Source: Mobula birostris (taxonomy: Eukaryota). From it: a DNA stretch of 64,000 nucleotides. Below are positions 34,430 to 47,520 of this stretch, one piece after another. The DNA lies in assembly GCF_030028105.1 (NCBI RefSeq), contig NC_092379.1:19073309-19137308 (forward strand), in the 5' to 3' direction. Made by a program: the position numbers and the translations under genes. The number at the start of each line of letters is the position of its first letter. The stretch's first letter is position 1. The notes beneath the pieces were generated by a model that did no database searches, was not told the origin of the DNA, and worked only from the letters and a program-made list of their open reading frames with translations.

Positions 34430-36275
34430 AGAGAGAGGTCATTAATTGGGGTTTAAAAAGAGCTCAGGTGTATTCAAGACTTTCCAGTGGGCTACAATCA
34501 TGGTGATTCAGTCTGCTTCGATAGCACTCATCAGGGGCCAATAAAGAGAAGTGAAGTGCAAGTGGGGCAGCCATTGTGGAAATGGCCATTGTGTGAGTGG
34601 ACAGTGTGAGAGTGGTCACGGTTTAGCTCAGAAGGCTTCCTTGTAATCACTATGGGCAAGCACAGGTGGATGCTCTAAGGAAGTTTCTAGTAAGTTTTTT
34701 TCCTCTTGGTACACGGCTAATTGCTCTGAGAATGGGTCCAGAGTTAGTGGTATGTGCCTTGTATGAGATGTTGTAACTTCTGGATACATCCAGTCTCCCT
34801 GATAAATACATTTATACGAAGTGCACCGAGCTGCAGTTTCTTAGACACCGTGTTAAGGAACTGGAGCTGCAGCTCAAAGACCTTTGGCTCTTAAGGGAAA
34901 ATGAGGAGGTGATAGATAGGAGCTGTACTGAGGTAGTCACCCCTAAGTTACAGGAGATGGGTACCAGGGTGACTGTCAGTAGAGGGAAATGAAAAAGGCA
35001 GCCAGTACAGAGTGCCCCTGTGGCTGTTCCCCTCAATAATAATTCAAATGCTTTGGATACTGTTAGGGGGACACCTGTTGGGGGCAGCTACAGGGACCTG
35101 ATCTCTGGCACTAAATGTGTCTCAGTGGCTCAGAAGGGAAGGGAATGGGTGGGCTGGGGAGAAGAAGAGTGCAGTAGTAATTGGGGATTCCACGATTAGA
35201 GGACCGGACAGAGATTCTGTAGACACCTGGATAGTATGTTGCCTCACAGCTGCCAGAGTAGGAGATGTCTCAGATCAGGTCAATAGCATTCTAAAGGGGA
35301 AGGGTGAACAGCTGGAAGATGTGATACATATTGGTACCAATGGCAGGGTGGAAAAGGGAGGAGGTCTGGAAGACAGAATACAAGGAGTTGGGTCAAAAGC
35401 TGAGAAGCAGGGCCTCCAGGGTAGTAATCGCTGAACTGCTGCCTATGCCATGCACCAAGGAGGGTAAGAAAATGATGATATGGCAGATGAATGCAGAGCT
35501 GTGGAATTGGTACAGGGGGCAGGGTTTCAGATTTCTGTATCATTGGGATCTCTTCTGGGGAAGGAGTGACTTGTACAAAAAGGATGGCTTGCACCTGAAC
35601 CTGAAGGGGACTAATACCCTTGCAGGCAGGTTTGCTGGAGCTTTAGGGCATGTTTTGAACTAGTTTGGCAGGGGAATGGGAAACTGAGTGATAGGGCTGA
35701 GGATGGGGCAGTTGTTATATAACTGGATGCAGTGTGTAGTGAGACTGTGAGGAAGGACTGGCAGATGATGGGCAAAATTGCAGTCAGTGGGAAAAGGGGC
35801 CAAAATAAAAATGATGATTTCAGGACTGAAGGTGTTATATTTGAATACAGCATATGGAATAAGGTAGATAATCTTGAAGCACAGTTAGAGATCGGCACTC
35901 GTGATGCTGTGGACATCGCTGAGTCATGGTTGGAAGATGATCATAGTTGGGGGATTAATATCCAAGGATACTCGTTGTTTTGAAAGGATAAGCGGAAGTG
36001 GGATGGCTCTGTTGGTAAAAAAAAATTAAATCAAATCATTGGAAATAGGTGACATAGGACTGGAAGATATAGAATCCTTCTGAGTGGAGTTAAGAAACTG
36101 CAAAAGTAAAATGTCCCTGATGGGAGTTATATACAAGCCTCTGAACAGTAGTCAAGATGTAGGCTATAAATTACAGCTGGAGATAGAAAACACGTATCAA
36201 AAGGGCAATGTTATGATGACCATGAGGGATTTCAATATGCAGGGAAAATGGAAAAATCAAATTGGTGCTGGATCC
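34430..36275 (+). mobile_element. CR1 5' part (5' UTR, ORF1 zinc finger and esterase, start of APE), degenerate
   Basis: KCTELQFLRHRVKELELQLKDL; VVIGDSTIRG; HIGTN; DGLHLN; paralog at 41520-42695. Confidence 0.85.
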
Positions 36276-36925
36276 TGTGACAGGGTCTTGAATTACCCCT
36301 ATGAACTATGCTTTTGAAAAGAGACAGAGAGAGTTATTTAACACCAACATCTTGTTTTTAAGAGAGAGAGATGTGAAGACTGCTCACAGTATGTTTACAT
36401 TTCTACAAGGATGCTGCCTGGTTGGAAATTCTTACAGACAGAGAGGGGAGGAACTGTTTGAGTGACAGTTGGTATTCAGCATGGGGAGATAAATAGAAGG
36501 TCAGATGATAAACCTGAGACTCATGGTTTTGGACACTGAATGAGCTTTGTTGTGCCCACAGAAAAGGTGGGTTTTGGAGGATCGATCAGTGGCTCTCGCA
36601 GTGTGAAAAGGGAATGACCAGTGGGGAGTTGTTTGTGTATCCAACTCTTGCCTGGGTTGATAATTCCACCACAGAAGAATGGTCCCCTTTGTTGTGGTCA
36701 CAGTTGGTGACCTCTAAAGGATTTCGGAGGACAACGGGAAGATCGATGGCATCAGCTACTTGAAGACTCAAATCTCTTCCTCTCCTTCTGTCTCCATCAC
36801 TACTCAACTCCATACCACGGACTGAACTGAACTTTACTCATCATCGTAAGACTGTATCTATTTACGTCTAGACTTGAAGAAGCTTGGTTTTCATATATTT
36901 CCACACTTACTGATATACTTATATA
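36276..36925. mobile_element. Probable LTR-type insertion truncating the CR1
   Basis: Begins TGTGACA exactly where CR1 similarity stops; right end and TSD not resolved. Confidence 0.4.
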
Positions 36926-37689
36926 CTCAACTGCCAGGTGAGCTCAATGGGTCAGGCCATCTTTGGAAGGAAAGGAAGGGACAACATTTCAAGTGGATGT
37001 TCTATATCAGGACAGACACAGGGTTCTTATCCCACGTGGTTCTATTCAAGTTGGCCTTACTTTTCCTTACACGTCCATTTTACATTTTGAAAGACTTTTT
37101 TCCTTACTGTTCCTCATAGTATTCCTCATATTAAAAGAAAGTTTCCCTTTTGAATTCAGGCTAGGATTTGCTCAGGTTTCAGAAGAAATCTTCTCTGATG
37201 CCACCTGCAAATTTTAGAGCATTGATTACGGTACCAGGAATGTGCAGGGTCCGTTTTCCAGCCATATGGTCATGAGACACTTGTTTATTACCAAACAGTG
37301 TGTGGTAGAGACAAACATTTCATTTTTCACAGCGAATCCAGCAACATGTAGAAGATGTTCTCCTCCCAGATGACCCTTGCATCATGTGTAAAAATCACCT
37401 TGTTTCTTTAGAGAATCCCTCACTTGGGGTGGCGACATCAACGTCCAACTCTCTGTGTTCGTGGTTAAAGCAACATTAGGACAGCTATGTATTTCACTGT
37501 TGGAGATTCCATGGGTTCTCACATTCCAGTGACTCAACTTCACTACATGACTTCAATTGCAGTGGGGAGTTATCACATTTGTTATGGGGAAAAAACAACT
37601 GGAAAAGCATTGTGTGTCCTGTCAGCACAGTCCCTGTAACACCAGCGACACTATTTGTGAATATCCCACCAGTAGCATGGTCTATGGTG

Positions 37690-37930
37690 TCAGCATCTCC
37701 TCTGCAGCATCAACTAACCATTGACTGATCTGTGCATCCAAAGCCCCATGGCCGAAGCACAAGCAGGAAGATTGGCAAGCTGTGATTGGAGGATCCGTTG
37801 CCACGTGGATTGGGGGGGTGCGAGCTGTTGGACCTGCAAATTTGAATCTCAATAGTCGGCACTCGAGTGTGGGCTTGTCAAGGCTCTCATTAAAGGTCAG
37901 GATTGATGTGTGTGACAGTCGGGTGAGAAG
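37690..37930 (+). promoter_or_regulatory. Decayed, truncated paralog of the CpG-island promoter
   Basis: aagctgtgattggaggatccgttgccacgtgg aligns to aagcagtgattggatgatcggccgtcacgtgg (31561); ATTGG and CACGTG (37802) kept, many CpGs lost. Confidence 0.6.
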
Positions 37931-39443
37931 GAGACACGGGAGACTACAGATGCTGGAATCTGGAGCAACAAGCAGTCTGCTGTATAAAGTCAGCTGCTGG
38001 AGTAGTATTTGTGGGTGGAGGAATATGGAGCAGGCATAAGGTATATATGGATAATCTGAGCTGTGATGGGCAGATAGGAGAGGACATGATGGAGGGGAGT
38101 GGTGGGTGGGTGAAGGTGGCGACAACAGCGTAAAGGGTGGGTCAGGCAGCATCTGTAGAGTTAGAGAAAATGGGTTTACATTACAGATTAGTGAATGGTC
38201 GACATTGGAGCTGGACAGTGCTGTCATAAACTGGAGTGGCTGGTTATCTGAGATCATGATGACATCTGAGACCCAGGGACTGTAATGTTCCTCATAGGGG
38301 GATAGGTCCTTCCTCAAGTTATACATTGAGATATCAAAGTTCGGATAATCAGAGTGTGGTTTTGAATTCAAGTGAGAGCAAACTAGAATCTGTTTGAATA
38401 AAGAACTCTTGAAAGCAGTTTCTGGATTTGTGTTTTCCCTGGTGTAGAGGAGGCCACATCCTGAGCAGGGGATCAACTACAGTAATTCAGAGATGTGCAA
38501 ATGAATCACTGTCTCACCTGAAAGGAGCTGTTGTATCTCTGGGAGTTGGGATGGGAGCCACTAGGGGTCAGAGGAATACAACCAAATATTGAGGCTTCAG
38601 TTAAACTGACTGCTGCAATAATAACCAACAGTCTCTGGGTGTAGGTGTAACAGTCAGGTACAGAGACGCTGTTGGACAGTGTGGGTGAAACAGTGCACGG
38701 GAGGATTCCATTGTGCCAGGAGGTCCTGAGACTACAGGGGCTCTTCAGATGAATATGTCACAGTGAAAGTAACAGACAGGGAAAGGGCAGGGTTTTCATT
38801 CACCAGTTAGTATGGCACTGATAGGACGTTTTATACAATCCCTGCTTTCTCTCACTGTCTTTTTCTGTCAATGCATATTACCTTGCACTAATTTGCATTT
38901 ATAGGGTGTTTTCAGTAGAGCTTTGATCTGAGCTCTTGTTCATTGGACTCTAATTTTGCTATTTTACTGTTGTTTTGACTCGATCATTGACATCCATGTG
39001 TTGACACATTTGAAGATGTATATGGTCTACTCACTGGCACTCCATTTCATTCCCTCCACTACTGATGTACAATGTATATTGCCTGTGCAGTGCTTGCAAG
39101 AGGTGTTACTACTGATTTGCAACATGAGTAGGTTTTCTTTACTTCAGTAATTTTATTCTCTCTGTTGTAACCCAGATGCTCATGGACTGTCCTCATTTGG
39201 AATTCAACAGTTTCTTTCCATTGATGGTGCTCAGCCTGCCAGTAGATCGCGTGTGGCTCCAGATCCCAGCATCTGCTGACTCTTGTGTCTGGACTGAAGT
39301 CAATTTGACTGGAAGCACTTGTTCCCTCACAGTGATAAACTGCAACCACTGAGCATCAGAGGAACACCTCCAAATATTTGGGCTTCAGTCAAACTTATTG
39401 TTGAAATACTATCGGACATCCACTGGGTGTCAGTGTATCAGTC

Positions 39444-39598
39444 AACACTCACAACACACTGGAGGAACTCAGCAGGTCGGACAGCTTCCGTGGAAAAGAT
39501 CGATCGACATTTCCACGGATGCTGCCCGACCTGCTGAGTTCCTCCAGCGTGTTGTGAGTGTTGCTTTGACCCTAGCATCTGCAGATTATTTTGTGTTT
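39444..39598. mobile_element. Fold-back Penelope-derived element with 12-bp TSD
   Basis: 54-bp arms 39443-39496 and 39510-39563 (3 mismatches); TSD agtgtatcagtc at 39432-39443 and 39599-39610. Confidence 0.85.
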
Positions 39599-40577
39599 AG
39601 TGTATCAGTCAGACTGAGAGTGTGGAGAATGTGGGTGGAACAGTGCACAGGAGGATTCCAGAGCATCAGGAGTTCCCGAGTCTGCAGGAGCTCTTCAGCT
39701 AAATATGTCACATTCAAATGTGTTTCCCTCCACATCCCAAATACATGGGTAACTACAGTCAAGATGGCACAAGCGTCAATGGTGCCTGAGTGATATCTTC
39801 TGCATGGTCCATGAAACCATTTCTTTCATTTCTTTTACGTCTTTTTCTTTTAAATGTGGTTCTGGTATTGTAGCTGTGAGCTTCAGTTTGATGGTGTGTT
39901 TTTGGGTCAATTGAGTGATCTAGTGCTTTGCTTTCTCCAAAATCAATCCAGTTACCTTGCCAACATTTTGTGGGAACTTACCCTGTCCATGGTCCTCTTG
40001 ATTTTGTGTACCTCCATAAAATCACCACTCAGTCTCCTACAAGTCAAAGTGCTTCACCAGGGCTGAGGAAGTTAGTGATTGTTAGAGATTTAATAAACAA
40101 GTACAGCAGCAGGAACAGTCCCACCTCACTTACGCTGACTCTCCAAAGTGACTGATTCCAGGATATTAATTATGTTCGGCAATTTTTCTATTCACTCCAA
40201 GGAAAGTACTATTCTAGACAACCTCACCTTTTAACTCAAATCATGGCAACATCCTTGTAAATCTTTCCTGCACTCTTTCCAGAATAATAACATCTTTTCA
40301 CCAAGAGGATGAATAAAATTTGAACACAGTACTCCAAATGCAATCTCACCAGCGCTTTCTACAATTGTACCATGTGCTACCAACTTTATACATACTGTTC
40401 TGAATGATGAAGGCCAGCATACCAAAAGACTTCTTCATCACCCTGTCTACCTGTTACTGCACTAAGTGAAACATGTACTTGAACTTCAAGGTCCCTCTGT
40501 TCCACAATTCTCTCCAGGGCCCTGTTGTCCACTGTGAAAGTCCTTTCTTCGTTTAACTTTCCAAAGTGACACACCTC

Positions 40578-41391
40578 TGTTATGTCCTGTAATGTTTTAG
40601 AAACAAACCAGCAGGAATAGAGTTCACACTGGAGTCTGGTTTTGATGTTGAAACCACTATCTTTATTAGTAACCACTTATGATATTGTAACTTAAATAAG
40701 ATAGACAAAAGTTAACAGTGTTAGCTGTATAAATGTGTGTAAATATAACTCCCAAACTTTCGAGCGTGGGGGAACAAGGCTTAGAGTCTTGAGATGGTAA
40801 AGAAGGGAAGTTCAGTTCATCCATGGAATAAATGATGGGAGAGAGATATTTGTAATCCAAGGCAAAAGGTAGAAAGAAGGCAATATGTCAATCTCCACAG
40901 GTTCCACGATGGTAATTAATAAATATCAGTTGTCGAAGATCCTCCGTCGAGTCGTTCCAAATCCACATACAAATTACCACCAGAGTGATCTGTCACAAGG
41001 ACGTCATCTTCAAGGGGTTACCACATAACGTACCCAGGCAAGGGTTAACTTTGAGTGGTCCCACAGGACATTCCTTAATCCACTCCTAACGATTATACGA
41101 AGTGACAGCCACACATTCGATGTGCATTGGATCGGTAATCAACCCACCCTTGTGGGTATAGGAGAGATGCAGATCCCCAGCATCAACAAGCTGGAGCTGG
41201 AGCTGCTACCCTTTTCCAGGCTTGCTCCTCTCTCTCTCTGTCTTCTGACTTCTGACTGTGACTGTCTGTGTCCTTATTTTAAAAGTAAACAAGCTGTGAG
41301 TCAGTCAATGAACAACATCGTAGTCCTGCCTCCCTGAAGCGCACTTTTAAAGTGACAGTCCACAGTAAATGAAACCTGTGGGTTCGTAACA
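40578..41391 (-). mobile_element. Solo LTR (814 bp, Gypsy-like) with 4-bp TSD
   Basis: Revcomp TGTTAC...ATAACA; TSD CCTC at 40574-40577 and 41392-41395; absent from paralog block C near 34290. Confidence 0.85.
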
Positions 41392-42699
41392 CCTCACTAT
41401 TCCCCTGAATAGAACTCCATTTGCCACTCTTCAGTCCACTTATTCAGCTGAACAAAATCCCACTGTAATTTTGAGAACCTACTTCGCTCTTTACTTTAGC
41501 ACATTTTTCGGTGGGCTGCAATCAGTGTGAGAGGTTGTTCATTGGTGATGTAGCACAAAGTTTGAAAAGAGTTCAGGTGCTTTTGGGACATTTTGGGAGC
41601 TGCAAGCATAGTGATCTGTTGGGCACTTGGGAGTGAGGTGTAAGTGGAGCAGCCATTGTGTGAGTGGACAGTGTTAGAGTGCTACGGCTTCAACTCAACA
41701 GACAGGCTTGGGCAAGCACAGGTGGATGTTTGAAGTAAGTTTCTCGTAAGTTTCTTTTTAACATTAGTATGTAGCTAGTCGTGCTGAGAATGGGTCCAGA
41801 GTTAGTGGTATGTTCCTTGTATAAGATTTGGGAACTTTTAGAGACCTTCAATCTCCCTGTTAACTACATTTGCACAAAGTGCTCCAAGTTGTAGCCCCTG
41901 AGAGACAATGTTAAGGAACTGGAGTTGATAGATAGGAGCTACAGTGAGGTAGCACCTCTAAGTTACAGGAGGCAGGTGCCTGAATGACTGTCAGGAGAGA
42001 GAAGGGGAATAGGCAGCCAGTGCAGAGTACCCCCCTGGCTGTTCTCCTCAATAGTATATTGCTTTGGATACTGTTGGCAGGGCAATCTGTCAGGGGGAAG
42101 CCACAGTGACCTGATCTCTGGCACAGAGACTGTCTCAGTGGCTCAGAAGGGAAGGGTAGGGAAGAGGAGTGCAGCAGTGACGGGGGATTCCATAATTACA
42201 GGAGCAGGCAGCAGACTCTGCTAAGTAGAAAGAAAAAAAGCAGGACCTCCAGGGTAGTAATCTCTGGAGTGCTGCCTATGCCATGTGCTGGTGACTGTAA
42301 GAATCAGATGATTTGGCAGATGAATGTGTAGCTGAAGAATTGGTGCAAGGAGCAGGGTTTCAGATTTATGAACCATTGGGATCACTTCTGGGGGAATTAT
42401 GACCTGCACAAAAGGGATGGCTTACACCTAAACTCGAGGGGGGACAATATCCTTGTGGTCAGGTTTGCCAGAGCTGTTAGAGAAAATTTAAGTTAATTTG
42501 TCAGGGGGATGGGAAACTGCGTGAAAGGGCTGAAGGTGGGACAGATGTTATACAACTAGGTTCAGTCTGTAGTGAGATTGTGAGGAAGGACAGGCTGATG
42601 ATAGGCAAAATGATAGTCAGTGGGATGAGTTAAAGTGTAATGGGGTCCAAAATTGAAAAGGGTGATATTGGACTGAAGGTGTTATATCGGAATGCCTGC

Positions 42700-43033
42700 T
42701 GTGAGCAGAGACCTAGGTGAGGATGTTTGGGACCCAAGTGCTGGAGTATCTGAGGCTGGAATCAAGAGACAATGTGAGACTGAAATTGGAACAGATTACT
42801 AAACTAGATGCTCGACAATGAGCCAAGTAGAGCTGATGATTGAGCACTGAACACATTCAGCACATTGAGCACATTCACGTTCTCCTCAAATATTGAAATC
42901 TGTTGCCAAAACATGGCTGCCAATTAGTGGGACAGTCCTGAATCCCTAATGAGGCCAGGCCAGATATCCACATTCTGGAGAATCAGAGCATCTAAATCTC
43001 AGAAGCTGGCACGGTTGGGTGCATATCCTAACA
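42700..43033 (-). repeat. Gypsy 3' LTR (334 bp)
   Basis: Revcomp TGTTAGG...CTCACA immediately after PPT-like ggggagggggtcc; ~20-bp remnant of the 5' LTR end near 48208. Confidence 0.75.
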
Positions 43034-46000
43034 GGACCCCCTCCCCTATGGCCAACTCCTGATGGTCCTAGCTGCTCAGAAAGATGGTAATGGTAGTCAT
43101 GGATAAGAGCTGGATCCAGGATATCCTTTTCAGGAACCCAGCACCGTTCCTTGGGTCCAAATCCTTCCTCATCCACAAGGAACTGCCAAACACCCCGAAC
43201 AGTTTGTTAATCCAAAGTTCTTCATGTGATGAAGACCTGTTTCCTATTGACACACCTTGGTGGCAGCAGGGCTGATGGTGGTGGGATTAAAGGACTGGTG
43301 TCAATGGGTCTTCATTTGGAGATGGGGAAAATGGGACTGATCTTGAGGGTTTTGGGGAGCTGCAAGGTGTAAACCACTGGGTTGAATTTCTTGAGAACCT
43401 TGAAGGGTCAAATGAATTTGGGCGCTGACTTTCTAGACTCCACCTAGAGAGGCAAATCCTGAGTAGACAGTCAGAACTGTTGTCCAAGCTGCAAAGTGGA
43501 CTCCTGTGTTCTCCTTCGGTTAGCCTTGATTTCAGCCATCCTGGTAGAAGCCAACACAATCTCCCTTGCCTTAGTTTTTTTTCCCCCTGCAGCATTGAAT
43601 GAGATCTTCAGCCTCAGGAACTTCAACCTCAGCCTCCTGCTCAGGGAAGAGTGGCGGATAATACCGAAACTGGTATTCAAATGGGGATGTCCCATGTGTT
43701 GAATGCTGTAAAGTGTAATGGGTAACCTCTGCCCATATTGTCAGGTCTTTCTGAGGGATTGTTCCAAATCTTGGTTTAGCCACTCCGTCTGGCCATTGGA
43801 CTGCAAGTGTAACCCAGAGGAAAGATTCACTGTTGCCCCAATCAGCTTACAGAAACATGATGTGAATTGTGGACTGTGATCTGACAGAATGTCCAGCGTG
43901 CGTTCTCAAGACCTGGTGCAGAACGATTTTGGCTGTCTCTGCCACAGACAGTAACTTATACACAGCAATGAATTTGCAGGCCTTTGAAGAACGATCGACA
44001 ATTACCTTGGAAGGCAGGAGACCCATGACAACATACATTGAGGTGTGTTGCCAATGGTCTGACTGGAAGTGGTAAAGTGTGAAAGAGCTCCTGAGGTTGT
44101 GTGCGGGGCTCCTTGTCCCAGGCGCACATCTTGCATGCCTGTACGTACTGTTGAACCTCTCTCACCATTCCAGGCCACCGGTATCTTCTTTTGGTGAGCT
44201 CAAGGGTCCTGGCAATCCCTGGGTGAGAGGTCATTCTCAATGAGTGTCTCCATTGAAGTACCTGTAATCTGACAGAATCTGGGCCTTGCGATCCAGCATG
44301 TCAACCAATGAGACAAGGCATCTGGTTTCTGGATCTTTGACCCTGATCGATAGGTCAGAACAAAATTAAAGTGGTTAAAGAAAAGAGACCACCTCACCTG
44401 TCTGGAATTCAGTCTCTTGGCTCTCTGAAGCCAGTGTCACCATTCCTCCAGAGGCAACTTGACCGCGAGCACTTCTCTGTTACCGATGTCATAGTTCACC
44501 TCTGCTGGGGATAGCTGCCTGGAGAAGAATGCACACAGGTTAATTTTTTTGTCTGAAGGTGTTCATTGAGACAGCACTGCACTCACTTCAATGTGCAAGG
44601 CATCCACCTCCATGACGAAAGGGAGGTCCGGGTTTGGTGAATCCAAAATGGGAGCTGTCGTGAACTGCTGTTTGAGCTCTGCAAAAGCAGCCTTGGCTTC
44701 AGTGGTCCAAACAAAAGGGCCTGTAGATTTTTTACTTAGTCCTGTCACTGAGCTGAAGTTCCTAATGAACCTCTGGTAAAAATTGGCAAGCCCCAGGAAC
44801 TGTTGGATTTGTTTCACATTGGATGGTTGTGATAAGTTTCTGACTGCCTGGGTCTTAGTTAGGCCCATCTTAAAATTGCCATGAGAGATGATAAACTCAA
44901 AAATGAAACAGTGGTCACATTAAATTCAGATTATTCCAGCTTTACATAAAGTCCGTGATCTAGAAGCCTCTTTAAAATGTCCTTGATGTGGGCAACGTGC
45001 TCCTCCATAGACTTTGAGAAGATTCAGATATCTTCCTAGTGGACGAAGGAATACTTATGGCAAGCATCCTGGAGCACATCCTTTATAAAGGCGTGGAAAA
45101 TTGCTGCAGTGATCACGATGCTGAAGGGCATGACTGGGTACTCAGTGCCTCGTTGCTGTATTGAATGCAGTTTTCCACTCATTGCCCTCCTTTCTGCAGA
45201 CTAGATTGTACACAATCAACAAGTCTAGCTCAGCAAAGGCTCTTGCTCCTTAGAGAATCTCAAAGGCAGTGTTCATGAGTGGATGGGGGTAATGATTTCT
45301 GGCTGTTTTCAAATTTTCTCCCTGTAATCAATGCATTGCTGTAGACTCCTGTTCTTTTTCTATAGAAAGAAGAAACCTATGCAGGCTGATGAGGTGGAGG
45401 ACTGAATTAATCCCATGGCAAGAGCCTCTTTTATCTACTCCTCCATGGTGCTTCTCTCCAGGCCTGAGAGCACATACAATCAACCCCACGGAGGACAAGT
45501 TCTAGGCAGTAGATCTATAGCACAGTCGTCAGATTGTGTGATGGAAGAGTTGAGGCCTTTCCCTTGATGAATACCTCTTCCAAATCCTTGTTGAAGGGAG
45601 AGATTTCGACCGGTTTAGGTGTTGCAATTTCCTCCAAACTTTCCTTCGAGGGTGACTCCTGAGGCCCCTTTGGTGGTTGGGATGATTAAACAGACCTCAA
45701 AGTCTCCTTCATAGATTTACTTGTCTCTTTTGTTCAAACAGTGGCTTTACAAATGGTCCTTGCACCCCCAAGACTTGGCTCCAAGAGTCTGCATTTAGGA
45801 GTCTTTCCTTTAGTTGGGACCCTTTGGAGGATCCTTTTGGCTTAGCTGCAAGGTTCCAGACACCTTGGTATGCTTCTGAAGTAGAGTTCCTTGCTGTCTA
45901 GTTATAGCAAGCCCCTGACTAGACAAGGTCGCGACTTGCACAGTCCTGTTGGCCGGAACCGAATTGTCTGTCGTTAAGAGCAGGATTGAGTCTCCAGACG

Positions 46001-46077
46001 GCCTCAGGTTATCCCGAACTGGAGTCTTCCCCTTCATCGGTTGTTGGTCTCAGTAGAGTCTGGAAGTTGGAACACCA

Positions 46078-47520
46078 ATAAAAGATTTGAGCTATGGATA
46101 AAGAAAGGTCTTACAACCTACCTCTCATTTATAGATAAAAGAGTATTACAAAGTTTCCAAATCCTGCAGGACAAACATGGCCTAGAACATAATGACTTTT
46201 TTAGCTACCTTCAAGTACGAAACTATGTTAACCAGAGTTGTAGATATACAGACCTATCAACAGTAGAATTAGAATTTTTCAAGATTCTGAATTCGGCTTG
46301 CAGTTCAATACCTAGTAAATCAGTTTCTCAATTATATAATGCACTCTCCCATGCTAAAAATGTAAATACACTGTATATTAAAGAGAAGTGGGAGAAAGAA
46401 GCGGGGTTGGTACTTTCAGAGGAGGCTTGGGAGAAAATCTGCAGCTTTCAATGGTCCTCGACTAATTCTTTGACTTGGAGAGAACATTGTTGGAAAAACA
46501 TTATAAGATACTTCAAGACCCCATATCAGGAAAAATATAAAGATACAAATGTGATGTGTTGGAGAAGGTGCGGCTCCAAGGAGGCAAATCATTTCCATAT
46601 TTTTTGGGATTGCCCTAAATTAAGTCTATTTTGGGAAGGTATTCATAGAACATTAGTTAAGGTACTTAGGTCCCAGATACCTCTGAACTTTGAGACACTC
46701 TATTTGGGGCATGTATTGTTTCTTGAACAGAAGGAAGATATAAAGTTGCTGCAGGCCCTCTTAGCGGCAAGTAAGAAATCAATCACTAGAAAATGGCTAA
46801 ATCCAATACCACCTACATTAGAAGATTGGTACGAAATTATCTTGGAAACACTTAAAATGGAAAAGTTGACTTACTCCCTGAGAACTCAAAAAGAAAAATT
46901 TTATCGAATCTGAAATAAATGGATTGAATATATAACCCCAATGCGAGCAGACTTTAGATGACTCTCCTCATGATTTATACTGCTCTTCTCATCAACACAG
47001 TAATATTGCTAACGTAAGCACCCCTAGTCTAAATGTTTGTTTTTTTTGTTTTCTTTTGGAAAATAGAGAATTAACACAAGTAAAGGGAAAGATTTGGGAA
47101 AGGGATAAAAAAATGAAAAAATTAAGTAAATAAGTACATAGGGATTGGATAATTATGTCTGCGGGCAGGAGCAAGCATGAACAAATTAGGATATAAACAC
47201 CTACAATGGTTGATACATAGGCTTAAATACAACATTTTGGACCAGTGGAAATGGTCCAGAAGGGTTATATGGAAACTATTATTACCATTTTTCTTAACAA
47301 CTAATTCCATTACTTAGCCTAATAGGTTAGATTTACCACAGTACATAATTATCTACTTAAATGTTTATTTTCCTTTTATATCATCTCAATGTGTACTTAA
47401 GAATGTATAAATAATCGTAGTTTGATACATATAAAAAAAATGGAAAAGGTTATATGTGTGAAAAAAGTACATGATATTTGTGAATTCCTTATCCAAACAA
47501 AAATAAAATTAAAAAAAAAA
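46078..47520 (+). mobile_element. 5'-truncated L1-clade LINE with poly(A) tail and 16-bp TSD
   Basis: ORF2 C-terminus with CCHC (CWRRCGSKEANHFHIFWDC); AATAAA plus poly(A); TSD ggaagttggaacacca at 46062-46077 and 47521-47536. Confidence 0.93.

Larger units (their letters stand above)
37100..42700. repeat. Segmental duplication block D, direct paralog of about 31080-36270 (block C)
   Basis: Same order in both: upstream segment, promoter, segment X, segment 33780-33960 = 40030-40220, minus CR1 fragment, plus CR1 ORF1. Confidence 0.85.
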
